Notes under the pieces: generated by a model
What the model saw: only the letters and a program-made list of their open reading frames with translations
The model's database searches: none
Told to the model about the DNA's origin: nothing
Shown: piece after piece, positions 30,112 to 40,390 of the stretch
How the letters are laid out: the number at the start of each line of letters is the position of its first letter
Position numbering within the stretch: the stretch's first letter is position 1
Virus record (IMG/VR): IMGVR_UViG_3300034071_001262
Length of the DNA: 64,000 nucleotides
Strand: one strand, 5' to 3'
Source of the DNA: a virus
Program-made: the position numbers and the translations under genes

Positions 30112-31659
30112 ATGAAAACATTTAACATAAATGATTTTGATGACGACGAGGTTTGGGATTTGATTTGTACTGGAAAAACCAAAGGAGTTTTTCAATTAGA
30201 ATCTAATCTTGGACGACATTGGGCTAAACAGCTAAAACCTAGAAACCTATCAGAACTTGCAGCTTTGATTAGTTTAATTAGACCGGGATGTCTAAAGGCG
30301 TATGTAGATGGCAAATCTATGACGCAACATTATATTGATAGAAAACATGCCAAAGACCCAGTAACATATCCTCATGACTCATTGGAGTCAATTTTAAGTG
30401 AGACATATGGTGTATTGGTATATCAAGAACAATCCATGATGATTGCACAAAAACTAGCAGGATTTTCACTAAAAGAAGCGGATTCACTGCGTAAAGCGAT
30501 TGGCAAGAAAAATGCAGCACTCATGAATGAAGTCAAAGAACAATTTATTCAAGGATCAGAAAAACTAAATATAGTCACGAAAGAGTCAGCAGAAGAAATT
30601 TTCTCTTGGATAGAAAAATCTAATAGATATGCATTTAATAAATCACATGCAGTCTCCTATGCTATCAATGCGTATTGGAGTGCGTATTGTAAAAAATGGA
30701 AACCACTAAGCTTCTATAAAACTTACCTAAATCATGCACATAGAAAGCCAGACTCACAAAAAGAAATAAAGGAATTAATCACTGATGCAAAATCAAACGA
30801 TATAGATGTATATCCACCAAGGCTAGATAATCTATATACAGATTTCACAATCAAGAATGGTAAGATATTTTTTGGCTTAAATCATATTAAAAATGTTGGA
30901 GAAGCAGAGTGCAAAAAAATCCAAGAAATCAAATATAATCATGATATAACTAGATATACATGGCTAGATTGTTTGATAAATATTATTCATAGATACAACC
31001 TTAATAAGAGATCCGTTATAGCTTTAATATCTGCTGGAGCATTTAATGGTAAATATAATCTAGAACATAGAAAAAAGATGTTATATGAATATGATAGTTG
31101 GAAATTACTTTCTAATAGAGAGCAAGATCATATAGCTAATAATTATGCTGGTAAAAAATCACTACATGACTGTATAATAGACTTATTATCAACACTAAAA
31201 ATAGTACAAAGTAGACAGCAAATCGTATTAGATATTAGTAATTCACTGAAAAATCCAATGTACAACTTGGAAGATTCAATCGTAACTATAGCCGAAGAAG
31301 AATCGAAATATTTTGGATGTTCTTTAACATGCAATAAGACAGATGCTTCTGACCAATTTCTTGCTGCTAATATGTGCAAAGATATATCCAATGGCTTGAT
31401 AACAGGTAAGGCAAATATAGTAGTGAGTATTAACTCTGTTCGTCAATACAAAACAAAAAAGGGTAAAAATCCCGGTCAGATAATGGCTTTTTTGTGTGCT
31501 GAAGACAGTAGTGGAATGCTAGACTCTATTACCATTTTTCCAGAGACTTATTCAGAATATAAAGATTTATTGACAGAAGGCAATACAGTATATATTAATG
31601 GAGAAATCTCTAAAAAGGAAAACACATCATTAATTGTAAATAAAGTTACACAAGTTTGA
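30112..31659 (+). CDS. dnaE: DNA polymerase III alpha, C-terminal part (fingers, HhH, OB)
   Basis: GVFQLES, LIRPG, TYGVLVYQEQ, AD.LRKAIGKK, YAFNKSHA, GL..IKNVG, MAF...ED.SG OB fold. Confidence 0.92.
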   Translation: MKTFNINDFDDDEVWDLICTGKTKGVFQLESNLGRHWAKQLKPRNLSELAALISLIRPGCLKAYVDGKSMTQHYIDRKHAKDPVTYPHDSLESILSETYGVLVYQEQSMMIAQKLAGFSLKEADSLRKAIGKKNAALMNEVKEQFIQGSEKLNIVTKESAEEIFSWIEKSNRYAFNKSHAVSYAINAYWSAYCKKWKPLSFYKTYLNHAHRKPDSQKEIKELITDAKSNDIDVYPPRLDNLYTDFTIKNGKIFFGLNHIKNVGEAECKKIQEIKYNHDITRYTWLDCLINIIHRYNLNKRSVIALISAGAFNGKYNLEHRKKMLYEYDSWKLLSNREQDHIANNYAGKKSLHDCIIDLLSTLKIVQSRQQIVLDISNSLKNPMYNLEDSIVTIAEEESKYFGCSLTCNKTDASDQFLAANMCKDISNGLITGKANIVVSINSVRQYKTKKGKNPGQIMAFLCAEDSSGMLDSITIFPETYSEYKDLLTEGNTVYINGEISKKENTSLIVNKVTQV

Positions 31660-31673
31660 GGATTATAGATCAT

Positions 31674-31970
31674 ATGAATAAGTGTCATTTTCTTGGTAGG
31701 TTTGTAGATACGCCACAATTGCAAACAAATGATTTTGCAAAATTCACTAGATTTCTTCTAGAAATAGAAGAATATAGAAAAGATAAAGATGGAAACAAGC
31801 GTAAAAGAAAAGATATATTAGAATTTGAAGCATGGGATAGTGCTGCAATAGCGATTACCACTCAATCAATGGCTAATGACTATATAGTAGTAGAGGCCGT
31901 AGCTAGAAAAGAAAATAATAATACTGTTTTTAGAATCACAACATTTAAAATATTTGTAAATCAAAATTGA
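31674..31970 (+). CDS. ssb: Single-stranded DNA-binding protein (short, no acidic tail)
   Basis: MNKCHFLGRF..PQL...EAWD..A OB-fold pattern. Confidence 0.7.
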   Translation: MNKCHFLGRFVDTPQLQTNDFAKFTRFLLEIEEYRKDKDGNKRKRKDILEFEAWDSAAIAITTQSMANDYIVVEAVARKENNNTVFRITTFKIFVNQN

Positions 31971-31971
31971 T

Positions 31972-33609
31972 ATGAAAAAGAAAGTTTTATTCTTATCAGA
32001 AGCTCCGTGGTATAGCACTGGATATTCTGTATATGGAAATCAAGTCCTAAAAAGACTAGTACAAAATCCATCTTTAGATGTTGCACAAATAGCTATATAC
32101 GCCTCTTCAGATGACCCACATGTCAAAGATTTTCCTTGGAAAATTTATGGCAATAAACCATCAAGTAATCATCCACAATATAAGACTTATCAAGTAAGTC
32201 CTAGCGCTCAATTTGGGGATTTTTCTTTTAATGAAGTATTATTAGATTTTAATCCACATTTTGTATTAGATATTAGGGATTGGTGGATGATTGAGTTTCA
32301 GCAAAGATCGCCGTTTAGAAATTTTTTCAAGTGGGCAATAATGCCAACTGTTGATGCTGAACCACAAAATAATCAATGGATTAATACATATGAATCAGCA
32401 GATGCTGTTTTTACATATTCAGAATTTGGTAGAGATGTACTATTAAATCAGTGTGATAATATTAAGTTTTTAGACATTGCATCTCCAGCAGCAAGTGAAT
32501 GTTTTACTCCTGTTGCTAACAAGGCACAACATAAATCACAATGCGGTTTAAGACCAGATTCATTGATATTTGGCACCGTCATGCGTAATCAAAAAAGAAA
32601 ACTTTATCCAGACTTGTTTGAATCATTTAGAGAATTTCTAAATCTATCAAATAGAAATGATGTATTTTTATATTGCCATACATATTATCCAGATATCGGA
32701 TGGAATATACCAGAATTATTAGACACGTATTCTTTATCTAACAGGGTATTATTTACATACAAATGTAAAAAATGTGGTAAAATTACTACTGATTTTTTTC
32801 AAGATGCTATGCAGTTTTGTAAGTCGTGTGGTAATTTTACTAATGCGTTGGTTGGTATTGGCAATAGCATTACAGAAAAAGAATTAGCTAAAATCTATAA
32901 TATATTTGATGTATATATACAATATGCAAATAGTGAGGGTTTTGGTATGCCGCAATTAGAAGCAGCATACTGTGGTTTACCAGTTGTTTCTATATATTAT
33001 TCAGCAATGAAGTCTGTCATTGATAATATCGGAGGTATAGGTGTAAATCCAATTGCGTTTAGTAAAGAATGCGAAACCGGTTGCAATAGAGCTATTCCAA
33101 ACAATCAAGAGTTTATTGATATATTATTAAGGCTATCAGAAAAAACTCAAGATGAATTAAAAAATATAGGTACTAGCGTATGCAATAAAGCAAGAAAAGC
33201 ATATAGTTGGGACCAGACAGCAAATAAGTGGATGGACTATATATTAAATACAGAAATTATACCAGAGCATCTTTCTTGGAAATCACCATCAAAATTATTT
33301 AGTCCAGCACATGCTATTCCAGAACAGTTGACTACATCTTTAGATAAGGTTAATTTCATTTTTAATAACGTATTGGGAAAACCAGAATGGATTGGCGGAT
33401 ATCTTTGGAGAAGAGTATTAAGAGATTGTAGTTTTGGATATAGGTGTGAAAATCTTGAGCATGATTTTTACTTTAATGAATCGCATATACAATCATATAG
33501 TACTGTTAAACCATTTTCTATAGATGAAGCCATGAAAGAAATGACAAATTTTAGACTACAAATGAATCATTGGGAACAGGCCAGATTGGAAAAATTTAAA
33601 ATATCATGA
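31972..33609 (+). CDS. GT4 glycosyltransferase with inserted zinc ribbon
   Basis: STGY, RNQKRK, SEGFGMPQLEAAYCG; CKKC-x13-CKSC insertion. Confidence 0.85.
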   Translation: MKKKVLFLSEAPWYSTGYSVYGNQVLKRLVQNPSLDVAQIAIYASSDDPHVKDFPWKIYGNKPSSNHPQYKTYQVSPSAQFGDFSFNEVLLDFNPHFVLDIRDWWMIEFQQRSPFRNFFKWAIMPTVDAEPQNNQWINTYESADAVFTYSEFGRDVLLNQCDNIKFLDIASPAASECFTPVANKAQHKSQCGLRPDSLIFGTVMRNQKRKLYPDLFESFREFLNLSNRNDVFLYCHTYYPDIGWNIPELLDTYSLSNRVLFTYKCKKCGKITTDFFQDAMQFCKSCGNFTNALVGIGNSITEKELAKIYNIFDVYIQYANSEGFGMPQLEAAYCGLPVVSIYYSAMKSVIDNIGGIGVNPIAFSKECETGCNRAIPNNQEFIDILLRLSEKTQDELKNIGTSVCNKARKAYSWDQTANKWMDYILNTEIIPEHLSWKSPSKLFSPAHAIPEQLTTSLDKVNFIFNNVLGKPEWIGGYLWRRVLRDCSFGYRCENLEHDFYFNESHIQSYSTVKPFSIDEAMKEMTNFRLQMNHWEQARLEKFKIS

Positions 33610-34694
33610 AAGTTTTATATATAGGTAACTATAGAGATGGTAGTGGCTGGTCTGATGCCTGTATTAACAATATTTTGGCAATGGACAAAATAGGTATTGA
33701 TGTTGTGCCAAGATGTGTCTCGTATTCTGTGCAACATGGAAATCCACCAGAGAAGATTTTAGAACTAGAAAAAAAATCAAGTTATAATTGCGATATATGT
33801 ATTCAGCATGTTTTACCAGATTCATATGTATATGATTCTACATATAAAAAAAATATAGGATTTTTAGCCGTAGAAAGCTCTAATTTTAAAGATACTGCAT
33901 GGCAACATCATGCAAATTTATTAGATGAAATATGGGTGCCTAGTTTATATTCTAAGGCGGCATGTAGAAGAAGTGGTATTACTGTTCCTATTCATGTGGT
34001 TCCACATTCTTTAGATATAAATCAATATCTAAATGCACAATTTACAAAAAAAATTGTAGAATTAGAGAATACTTTTAATTTTCTATTTATTGGCGAGTTT
34101 ATTGAAAGAAAGAATATATCAGCTTTAATAAAAGCATTTCATACTGAATTTGATATGACAGAGCCTGTCAATCTTATGATTAAAACATCTAGGCAGAACA
34201 TTGACTATATCAATAATTATAGTGAATCAATAAAAAGAGGGCTTAAAATTAGAACCTCATATAAAAAAGAAATCATCATTTGTGGTAAGCTTAATAAAAA
34301 TGATTATCTTTCTGTAATAAAACAGTGCCATTGTTTTGTAATGCCAAGTAGGGCAGAGGGATTTTGTATACCAGCTTTAGAAGCTATGGCCCTTGGATTA
34401 CCAGTAATACATGCTAGTAATACTGGAATGGATGATTTTAGTTATGGCATAAAAGTAATGTCAAGAACTACACCATGCTTTGGGGCGGTTGATACAATTC
34501 CATTTTTGGACAATGCGCATAGTGATTGGTCAGAAATAGATATAAGATCTCTAATGATAGCTATGAGAAACTATTATATGAAATGGAATACAGTAGAAGC
34601 AAAAAATGATACACATAATGCCATAGAAAAAGCTAAGTTATATAGTCATCAGTCTGTTGGCACAACAATAAAGGATTTATTAAATGATTGCTAG
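33606..34694 (+). CDS. GT4 glycosyltransferase
   Basis: ERKN, PSRAEGFCIPALEAMALG. Confidence 0.85.
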   Translation: MKVLYIGNYRDGSGWSDACINNILAMDKIGIDVVPRCVSYSVQHGNPPEKILELEKKSSYNCDICIQHVLPDSYVYDSTYKKNIGFLAVESSNFKDTAWQHHANLLDEIWVPSLYSKAACRRSGITVPIHVVPHSLDINQYLNAQFTKKIVELENTFNFLFIGEFIERKNISALIKAFHTEFDMTEPVNLMIKTSRQNIDYINNYSESIKRGLKIRTSYKKEIIICGKLNKNDYLSVIKQCHCFVMPSRAEGFCIPALEAMALGLPVIHASNTGMDDFSYGIKVMSRTTPCFGAVDTIPFLDNAHSDWSEIDIRSLMIAMRNYYMKWNTVEAKNDTHNAIEKAKLYSHQSVGTTIKDLLNDC

Positions 34695-35709
34695 TGCAAT
34701 TCCAAAAAACATAAAAGCAATACTAAAACATCCACAGCGTGAAGATAAGCTAAATATTCTTACATTTACCACGCATGAAAGATATGAACAAAATTTATCA
34801 AAAACTGGTCATAATTTCTATGCTTTAAATTATGGCAAATCTTGGGATAAAGACTATGGAGTAATTCCAGAAAATTACAACATCATAAATGAAGTACCGC
34901 CATATTTAGACATAGATATAGTTTTATCACACACATCCTGTGATAGATTACAATATGCTCACGACACATTATCTAACACTAAAAATGCTGGATTGTCAAT
35001 GTTGGCTATACCAATCCTAAGACATACACATGTTCTTCCAGATATAAGAATGGATGTAGAACAACAAAAATCTATATTTCAAAATATACCAGTATTTGCA
35101 AATTCTTTTATATCTGATTACAGCAGAAAGAAATGGGGCTATAATGAATCTAATTCTAATGTAGTTGAACATGGTGTGGATACAGATTTTTGGTTTCCAA
35201 CAAAAGATAAGCGAGATAACGTATGTTTATCCGTTGTAAATGATTGGCCCAATAGAGATTGGTGCTGTGGTTTTAATTTATGGAGAGAGACATCATACGG
35301 ATTACCAGTTCGCGTATATGGTAAAAGTGCCGGTTTTTCTCAACCAGCAGAATCAGTAGAACACTTAAGAGATATATATTCTTCATCTATGATTTTTTAT
35401 AATACATCCATACATTCGCCAGTTCCGACAGTGTTATTAGAAGCAATGGCTTGTGGTTGTGCCATAGTATCAACTGCTAATTGTATGATACCAGAAATCA
35501 TTACACACAAGTATGATGGCTTAATATCAAATGATCCATCAGAACTTAGATCGTTTTTAGAATTGTTATTAAACAACAATGATTTAGCTCGTCAAATCGG
35601 AGATAATGCAAGAAAAACCATACTAGAAAAGTTCAACCTAAACAGGTTTTGTGATAACTGGAACAATCTACTATATACAACTATAGAACGTTACAAGGGA
35701 AAAATATGA
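34684..35709 (+). CDS. GT4 glycosyltransferase
   Basis: HGVD, SPVPTVLLEAMACG, DGLI, IG.NAR. Confidence 0.85.
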   Translation: MIASAIPKNIKAILKHPQREDKLNILTFTTHERYEQNLSKTGHNFYALNYGKSWDKDYGVIPENYNIINEVPPYLDIDIVLSHTSCDRLQYAHDTLSNTKNAGLSMLAIPILRHTHVLPDIRMDVEQQKSIFQNIPVFANSFISDYSRKKWGYNESNSNVVEHGVDTDFWFPTKDKRDNVCLSVVNDWPNRDWCCGFNLWRETSYGLPVRVYGKSAGFSQPAESVEHLRDIYSSSMIFYNTSIHSPVPTVLLEAMACGCAIVSTANCMIPEIITHKYDGLISNDPSELRSFLELLLNNNDLARQIGDNARKTILEKFNLNRFCDNWNNLLYTTIERYKGKI

Positions 35710-36125
35710 AGATTTTTTTATCAAATCATAAGCCAAGTATAGATAACTATATATGGATTAATAATCTATCACAGCTAAATGATTCAGTTTTACCATCAGA
35801 AGCTACCGAAATTATTTGTGAAGATTTTTTGTCATCATTTGCTATAAATGAACAACAAGAACTACTTAATAAAATAACTGAAAAATTGAGACTTAATTCT
35901 AAACTAATAATATCAGAAGTTGACTGTGGTTTAATAACAAAGAGATTTTATTTGGAAGAAATTAATTTGGATGAATTAAATGAAAAAATGTTTAGCGGGA
36001 AAAGAAAAAGTATTTTATCGGTTCATGAGATTATAAAAAATCTACCAGATAAATTACAAGTAAATAATAAACACTTCCAGTATAATGAGTGTAAGATCAT
36101 TTTGACATGCAGGAGGCACAAATGA
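35706..36125 (+). CDS. Hypothetical, degenerate methyltransferase-like
   Basis: ATEIICEDFLSSF...LLNKITEKLRLNSKLII resembles the C-terminal half of class I SAM methyltransferases; no GxG motif. Confidence 0.35.
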   Translation: MKIFLSNHKPSIDNYIWINNLSQLNDSVLPSEATEIICEDFLSSFAINEQQELLNKITEKLRLNSKLIISEVDCGLITKRFYLEEINLDELNEKMFSGKRKSILSVHEIIKNLPDKLQVNNKHFQYNECKIILTCRRHK

Positions 36126-36916
36126 ATATCAATACAAAATGTAATGGATGCGTGTTTAGTGTTTATGAAAATAACATACAGATATCATGCAAGCTAGATA
36201 GACATAATAAATTAACATATGATACGCACGATGAAGAGGGGGCTTTTATCTTAAATAGATTTTGTAGCACATATCGTCCACAAAATTGGCTAGAGGAATT
36301 GTCTGTACAAGAAAGCGAAAATATAGTTTCAACTGTCTTACGAGAGATTATCCCGTGTGTAGGATTTTTTGTTTTGTTAAAAACAGATTCTTTGGATGCT
36401 ATGAGTAAATTAGAAAGCACTATAAAAGACATAAAGAATCAATCTTTTGCTGCCAGATATGTTGTAGTATCAACAGATAAAGTAGAATACAATGAAGGCA
36501 TACAAGAGCTGTTATGTAAATATTTTGATTTTGATACCACTAATCATCATATTGTACAATTAATACAACAGCCATCATCAATGCCATTTATTATAGACGA
36601 ATGTTTCAAACATGCAAAAAATGGGTGGGCATATGTGTGTGAGTCTGGAGAATCAATAGATAATAAGCTAATTGAAAAAATCCATAAACGAGTTAATTTA
36701 GATCTAAAACGTCTTAGTGTTGTCAAGCCATATAAAGAACCACTTAATGGTTTATTATTTCAAACAGCTTTATTCAAATTTCTCCACGGAAACACCGTGA
36801 AATTGTTTAAAGATGATGTTGTAGATAATAGAGAATTTCTAGATAAAGTGGCTAATGCCGCAATTAAAAGTGATCCAGACACATTTATCACATGGGAACA
36901 ATTCAATGAATCCTAA
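36122..36916 (+). CDS. Cys-rich N-domain plus degenerate GT2-like protein
   Basis: CNGCVF...C...FC, then LESTIKDIKNQS. Confidence 0.4.
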   Translation: MNINTKCNGCVFSVYENNIQISCKLDRHNKLTYDTHDEEGAFILNRFCSTYRPQNWLEELSVQESENIVSTVLREIIPCVGFFVLLKTDSLDAMSKLESTIKDIKNQSFAARYVVVSTDKVEYNEGIQELLCKYFDFDTTNHHIVQLIQQPSSMPFIIDECFKHAKNGWAYVCESGESIDNKLIEKIHKRVNLDLKRLSVVKPYKEPLNGLLFQTALFKFLHGNTVKLFKDDVVDNREFLDKVANAAIKSDPDTFITWEQFNES

Positions 36917-37682
36917 TGTAGCTATTATTATTACTAACTATAATTATGGTAAATATGTTATACAAGCAATAAATAGCGCCACTAATCAAGATTACGCTGG
37001 TAACTTGCGTGTATATGTTTTAGATGATGGATCTAGTGATGACTCTTGGGAAAAAATTTCGAATATCACAGATCACCAATATTGTGCAACAATAAATGAA
37101 CCCTATTATTCTGGCCCAATTGACCACAGACAAAAGGATAATATTTATGCTTTTAGGATTAATAATTCTGGAGCAAGTACTGGCAGAAATGTAGCTATAT
37201 GGCAGTCATGGGATTGGGCTGAAATTTTTGGTATATTAGATGCTGATGATGCCTATTTTGAAAATAAGGTGTCTATCTTGGTAGAAAAATTAATTGAATA
37301 CGAAGAAGTAGGAGTGGCATACGCTGATTATAATAATGTATATTCAGGTTATCGTAAAACAGAATTTAAAGAATCATATAGTAGAGATATATTGTTAAAT
37401 CGCTGTATAGTGCATAGCAACTCCCTTATTAAAAAATCAAAAATAGAGTCTGTCATACTTCCAAATAAAGAAATTTTTGATTCTAGGTTACATGGCGCAG
37501 CTAGCAAGGGATTTATAGGATGTACTGAAGATTATGACTTATGGTTAAGATTATCTAAGGTTTGTATTTTCACGCACGTTCCAAAAATATTAGCCATTGC
37601 TAATCAAACTGGACAAAATCAATCATATAAAATGACATCAGAAATCTTTAAAGAAAACGCTAAAATATTAAGTAGCAGATAA
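36906..37682 (+). CDS. GT2 glycosyltransferase
   Basis: IIITNYNY, DDGSSD, GRN, LDADD, EDYDLWLR. Confidence 0.9.
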   Translation: MNPNVAIIITNYNYGKYVIQAINSATNQDYAGNLRVYVLDDGSSDDSWEKISNITDHQYCATINEPYYSGPIDHRQKDNIYAFRINNSGASTGRNVAIWQSWDWAEIFGILDADDAYFENKVSILVEKLIEYEEVGVAYADYNNVYSGYRKTEFKESYSRDILLNRCIVHSNSLIKKSKIESVILPNKEIFDSRLHGAASKGFIGCTEDYDLWLRLSKVCIFTHVPKILAIANQTGQNQSYKMTSEIFKENAKILSSR

Positions 37683-38404
37683 TGAATAGATTTACAACTA
37701 ATATTACTAAGATAAGAATTAATCCTAAAACTTCTAAGAAGACAAGCAATATTAGTATCATCATGCTTTGTGCTGGAGTTGGATTAAGAATTAAATCATA
37801 TGAGCCTCGTAGTATTCTGAAAATAAAAAATAAAACACTACTAGAACATCAAATAGACATACTAAATACTGTATTTGATTGTCCAGAAATTATTTGCGTA
37901 GTTGGATACGACGCCCAAAAAATCATCAAAAAAAATTACAATGTCAGAATTGTGGAAAACCAATTATATGAAACCACAAACGCAGCTGAAAGTTTAAGAC
38001 TAGCCTTTAATAATACATTAAATGACAACATACTATTTCTACATGGTGATTTATTCTTTAATAAAGAAACATTTAATGTCAAGTATAATAAATCCTTTAT
38101 ATTAGTAGATAGCAATAAAAGATTTAACAATAGTGAAGTTGGTGTAACAATATGTAGTGACACCAACAAGGCTAGTATTTTATCGTATGGATTAAATACT
38201 AAATGGTGTCAGATCGCATACTTAACTGGTAAAGAAACAAAAATAGCTAAAAATTTATTCCAAAAATTTGAAACAACACATAAAAAAATGTTGTGTTTTG
38301 AATTATTAAATGAGATGATAAATACTGGAGCTTGTTTTGAATGTCATGAGCCTAACAATATGAGCATAACAGAAATAGATAGAATAAAGGATATTGATAT
38401 ATGA
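37682..38404 (+). CDS. NTP transferase (LicC/cytidylyltransferase-like)
   Basis: LCAGVGLRIKSYEP..L, VVGY, N..YETTN, GDL, EID..KD. Confidence 0.75.
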   Translation: MNRFTTNITKIRINPKTSKKTSNISIIMLCAGVGLRIKSYEPRSILKIKNKTLLEHQIDILNTVFDCPEIICVVGYDAQKIIKKNYNVRIVENQLYETTNAAESLRLAFNNTLNDNILFLHGDLFFNKETFNVKYNKSFILVDSNKRFNNSEVGVTICSDTNKASILSYGLNTKWCQIAYLTGKETKIAKNLFQKFETTHKKMLCFELLNEMINTGACFECHEPNNMSITEIDRIKDIDI

Positions 38405-39438
38405 AAGTATTGATAGCGAGTGATGGTGTACATGCTCATTTTTTTGAACGAGCAGCTTGGGCAAACGCATTTAATGCGTGTGGTATACAATCGATATTGT
38501 GGGATTGTAAAAAAATACCAGCATTTGATATATTTGATACATATGAACCAGATATTTTTTTAGGACAGACATATAATTTAGAACCAGCTTTGATTAAATG
38601 TATCTATGAAAGACCACATTTAAAAGTGGCTTTACGTGCTGGAGATTGGGGAGATCAAGAATCTATAGTTGATAAATCGCAGTATAATATTTTATACTGC
38701 TCATCGTCAGAAAAACAGATTTTGCAGAAATTAAAAGATGAGACAGGAAAACCAGATTTTGTATATATTCATTATGATGAAACATCAATAAATATTACCC
38801 ATAATCATTTTAGATCTATTGGCATTGAACCTAAATCAGTAATGATGAGCGCGGACATAATGATGTATTCTAATGCACAGTATGATCCCAAACTAGATTG
38901 TGATATAGCGTTTGTTGGTGGCTATTGGCCCTATAAGGGTTTAGTAATCAATCAGTATCTATTTCCATTAATGAACGATGTTGGTAAATATAATATTAAA
39001 ATCTTTGGAAATCAAGTATGGCCCTCAAATCAATATTGTGGTATGATAAGTGACACAGAAGTAAAGAATCTCTTTGTATCTGCGAAAATTTGTCCAAATT
39101 TAAGCGAGCCACATGCACATGCGTTTGGTATAGATGTCAATGAGAGAATTTTCAAGATTTTATTTGCTGGCGGATTTTGTATATCTGATTATGTAGATTC
39201 ATATAAATTATTTGGTGATGGTTTGATTATGGCTAAAACACCAGACGAATTTCAAAACAAAATAGAATATTATCTAAATCATCCGTCAGAAAGAATAAAG
39301 GTTGCTAATATTGGACAATCAATAGTAAAAAAATATCACACATCTTTTGATAGAATAGCACAAATCATGCATTATTTTAATATGCCACAAATTGCAAATC
39401 TTATTCTTACAAAAAAATTGGAGATAATAAATGTCTAA
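38401..39438 (+). CDS. CgeB-like glycosyltransferase
   Basis: DIAFVGG, AKICPN, VNERIFKILFAGGFCISD, YYL.HP.ER. Confidence 0.75.
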   Translation: MKVLIASDGVHAHFFERAAWANAFNACGIQSILWDCKKIPAFDIFDTYEPDIFLGQTYNLEPALIKCIYERPHLKVALRAGDWGDQESIVDKSQYNILYCSSSEKQILQKLKDETGKPDFVYIHYDETSINITHNHFRSIGIEPKSVMMSADIMMYSNAQYDPKLDCDIAFVGGYWPYKGLVINQYLFPLMNDVGKYNIKIFGNQVWPSNQYCGMISDTEVKNLFVSAKICPNLSEPHAHAFGIDVNERIFKILFAGGFCISDYVDSYKLFGDGLIMAKTPDEFQNKIEYYLNHPSERIKVANIGQSIVKKYHTSFDRIAQIMHYFNMPQIANLILTKKLEIINV

Positions 39439-40390
39439 AAAAGTATTAGTAACTGGAGCAAATGGATTTCTTGGCACTGCTGTAATTAAAAAACTATCAG
39501 AAGAAACTAAATACGATATACTTCCAGCAAATGGAAAAGCGAAGTGGGATCTAACAAATAAGAAATATGTTGATTGTATGTTGGCTCATTATCAACCAGA
39601 TATTGTTGTACACTTGGCGGCAAGAGTTGGGGGTATTCAAGCAAATAAAGAAAATCCGGGTTTATTCTTTTATGAAAATTTAATAATGGGTGTTAATTTA
39701 ATAGAAGCCTGTAGACAATATGACAAGTTAGAAAATTTCGTAATGGCCGGAACAGTATGCGCATATCCCAAATTTACTCCAGTTCCATTTAATGAAGATG
39801 ATATATGGAATGGTTTTCCAGAAGAAACCAATGCTCCATACGGGATAGCAAAAAAAACATTAATGCAAATGCTTATAGCGTATAAACAACAATATAATTT
39901 TAATTGTGTCAATTTAATTCCAGTAAATATGTATGGACCAAATGATAATTTTGATCCAAGAATTAGTCATGTTATACCAGCTCTTATCTTGAAATATAAG
40001 CGAGCAATAATCAAAAAAGAAGATGTAGTAGAAATATGGGGTACTGGTAACGCTAGTAGAGAATTTTTATATGTAGATGATTGTGCAGAAGCCATAGTAA
40101 AATCCATTACGGCTAATGTGTCTCCAGAACCTATTAATATAGGAACTGGTAATGAAATTAATATTAGAGATCTGGCATCGCTTATTGGAAAAGAAATGGG
40201 ATATACTGGAAGCATACAATTTAATTCAAATTTTCCAGATGGACAACCAAGGAGATGTTTAGATACTAACAGGGCGAAGTCGTTGCTGGGCTTTCAAGCC
40301 AAAACATCCTTTATGGATGGTATAAAATATACCGTTGAGTGGTTTAATCAAAATGAGGGTAGATTTAATGATTACATCAATAATTTTTAG
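39431..40390 (+). CDS. fcl: GDP-L-fucose synthase / ColC-like epimerase-reductase
   Basis: GANGFLG, AARVGGIQAN, GTVCAYP, YGIAK, NMYGPNDNF, SHVIPAL, REFLYVDD, PDGQPRR. Confidence 0.92.
   Translation: MSKKVLVTGANGFLGTAVIKKLSEETKYDILPANGKAKWDLTNKKYVDCMLAHYQPDIVVHLAARVGGIQANKENPGLFFYENLIMGVNLIEACRQYDKLENFVMAGTVCAYPKFTPVPFNEDDIWNGFPEETNAPYGIAKKTLMQMLIAYKQQYNFNCVNLIPVNMYGPNDNFDPRISHVIPALILKYKRAIIKKEDVVEIWGTGNASREFLYVDDCAEAIVKSITANVSPEPINIGTGNEINIRDLASLIGKEMGYTGSIQFNSNFPDGQPRRCLDTNRAKSLLGFQAKTSFMDGIKYTVEWFNQNEGRFNDYINNF

Noticed and set aside
29150-30150. Split intein, stop-codon readthrough or frameshift joining the dnaE halves
   Set aside because: No Cys/Ser-initiated IntN or His-Asn IntC ends; about 900 nt holding two complete genes separate the halves; no intron features recognised.
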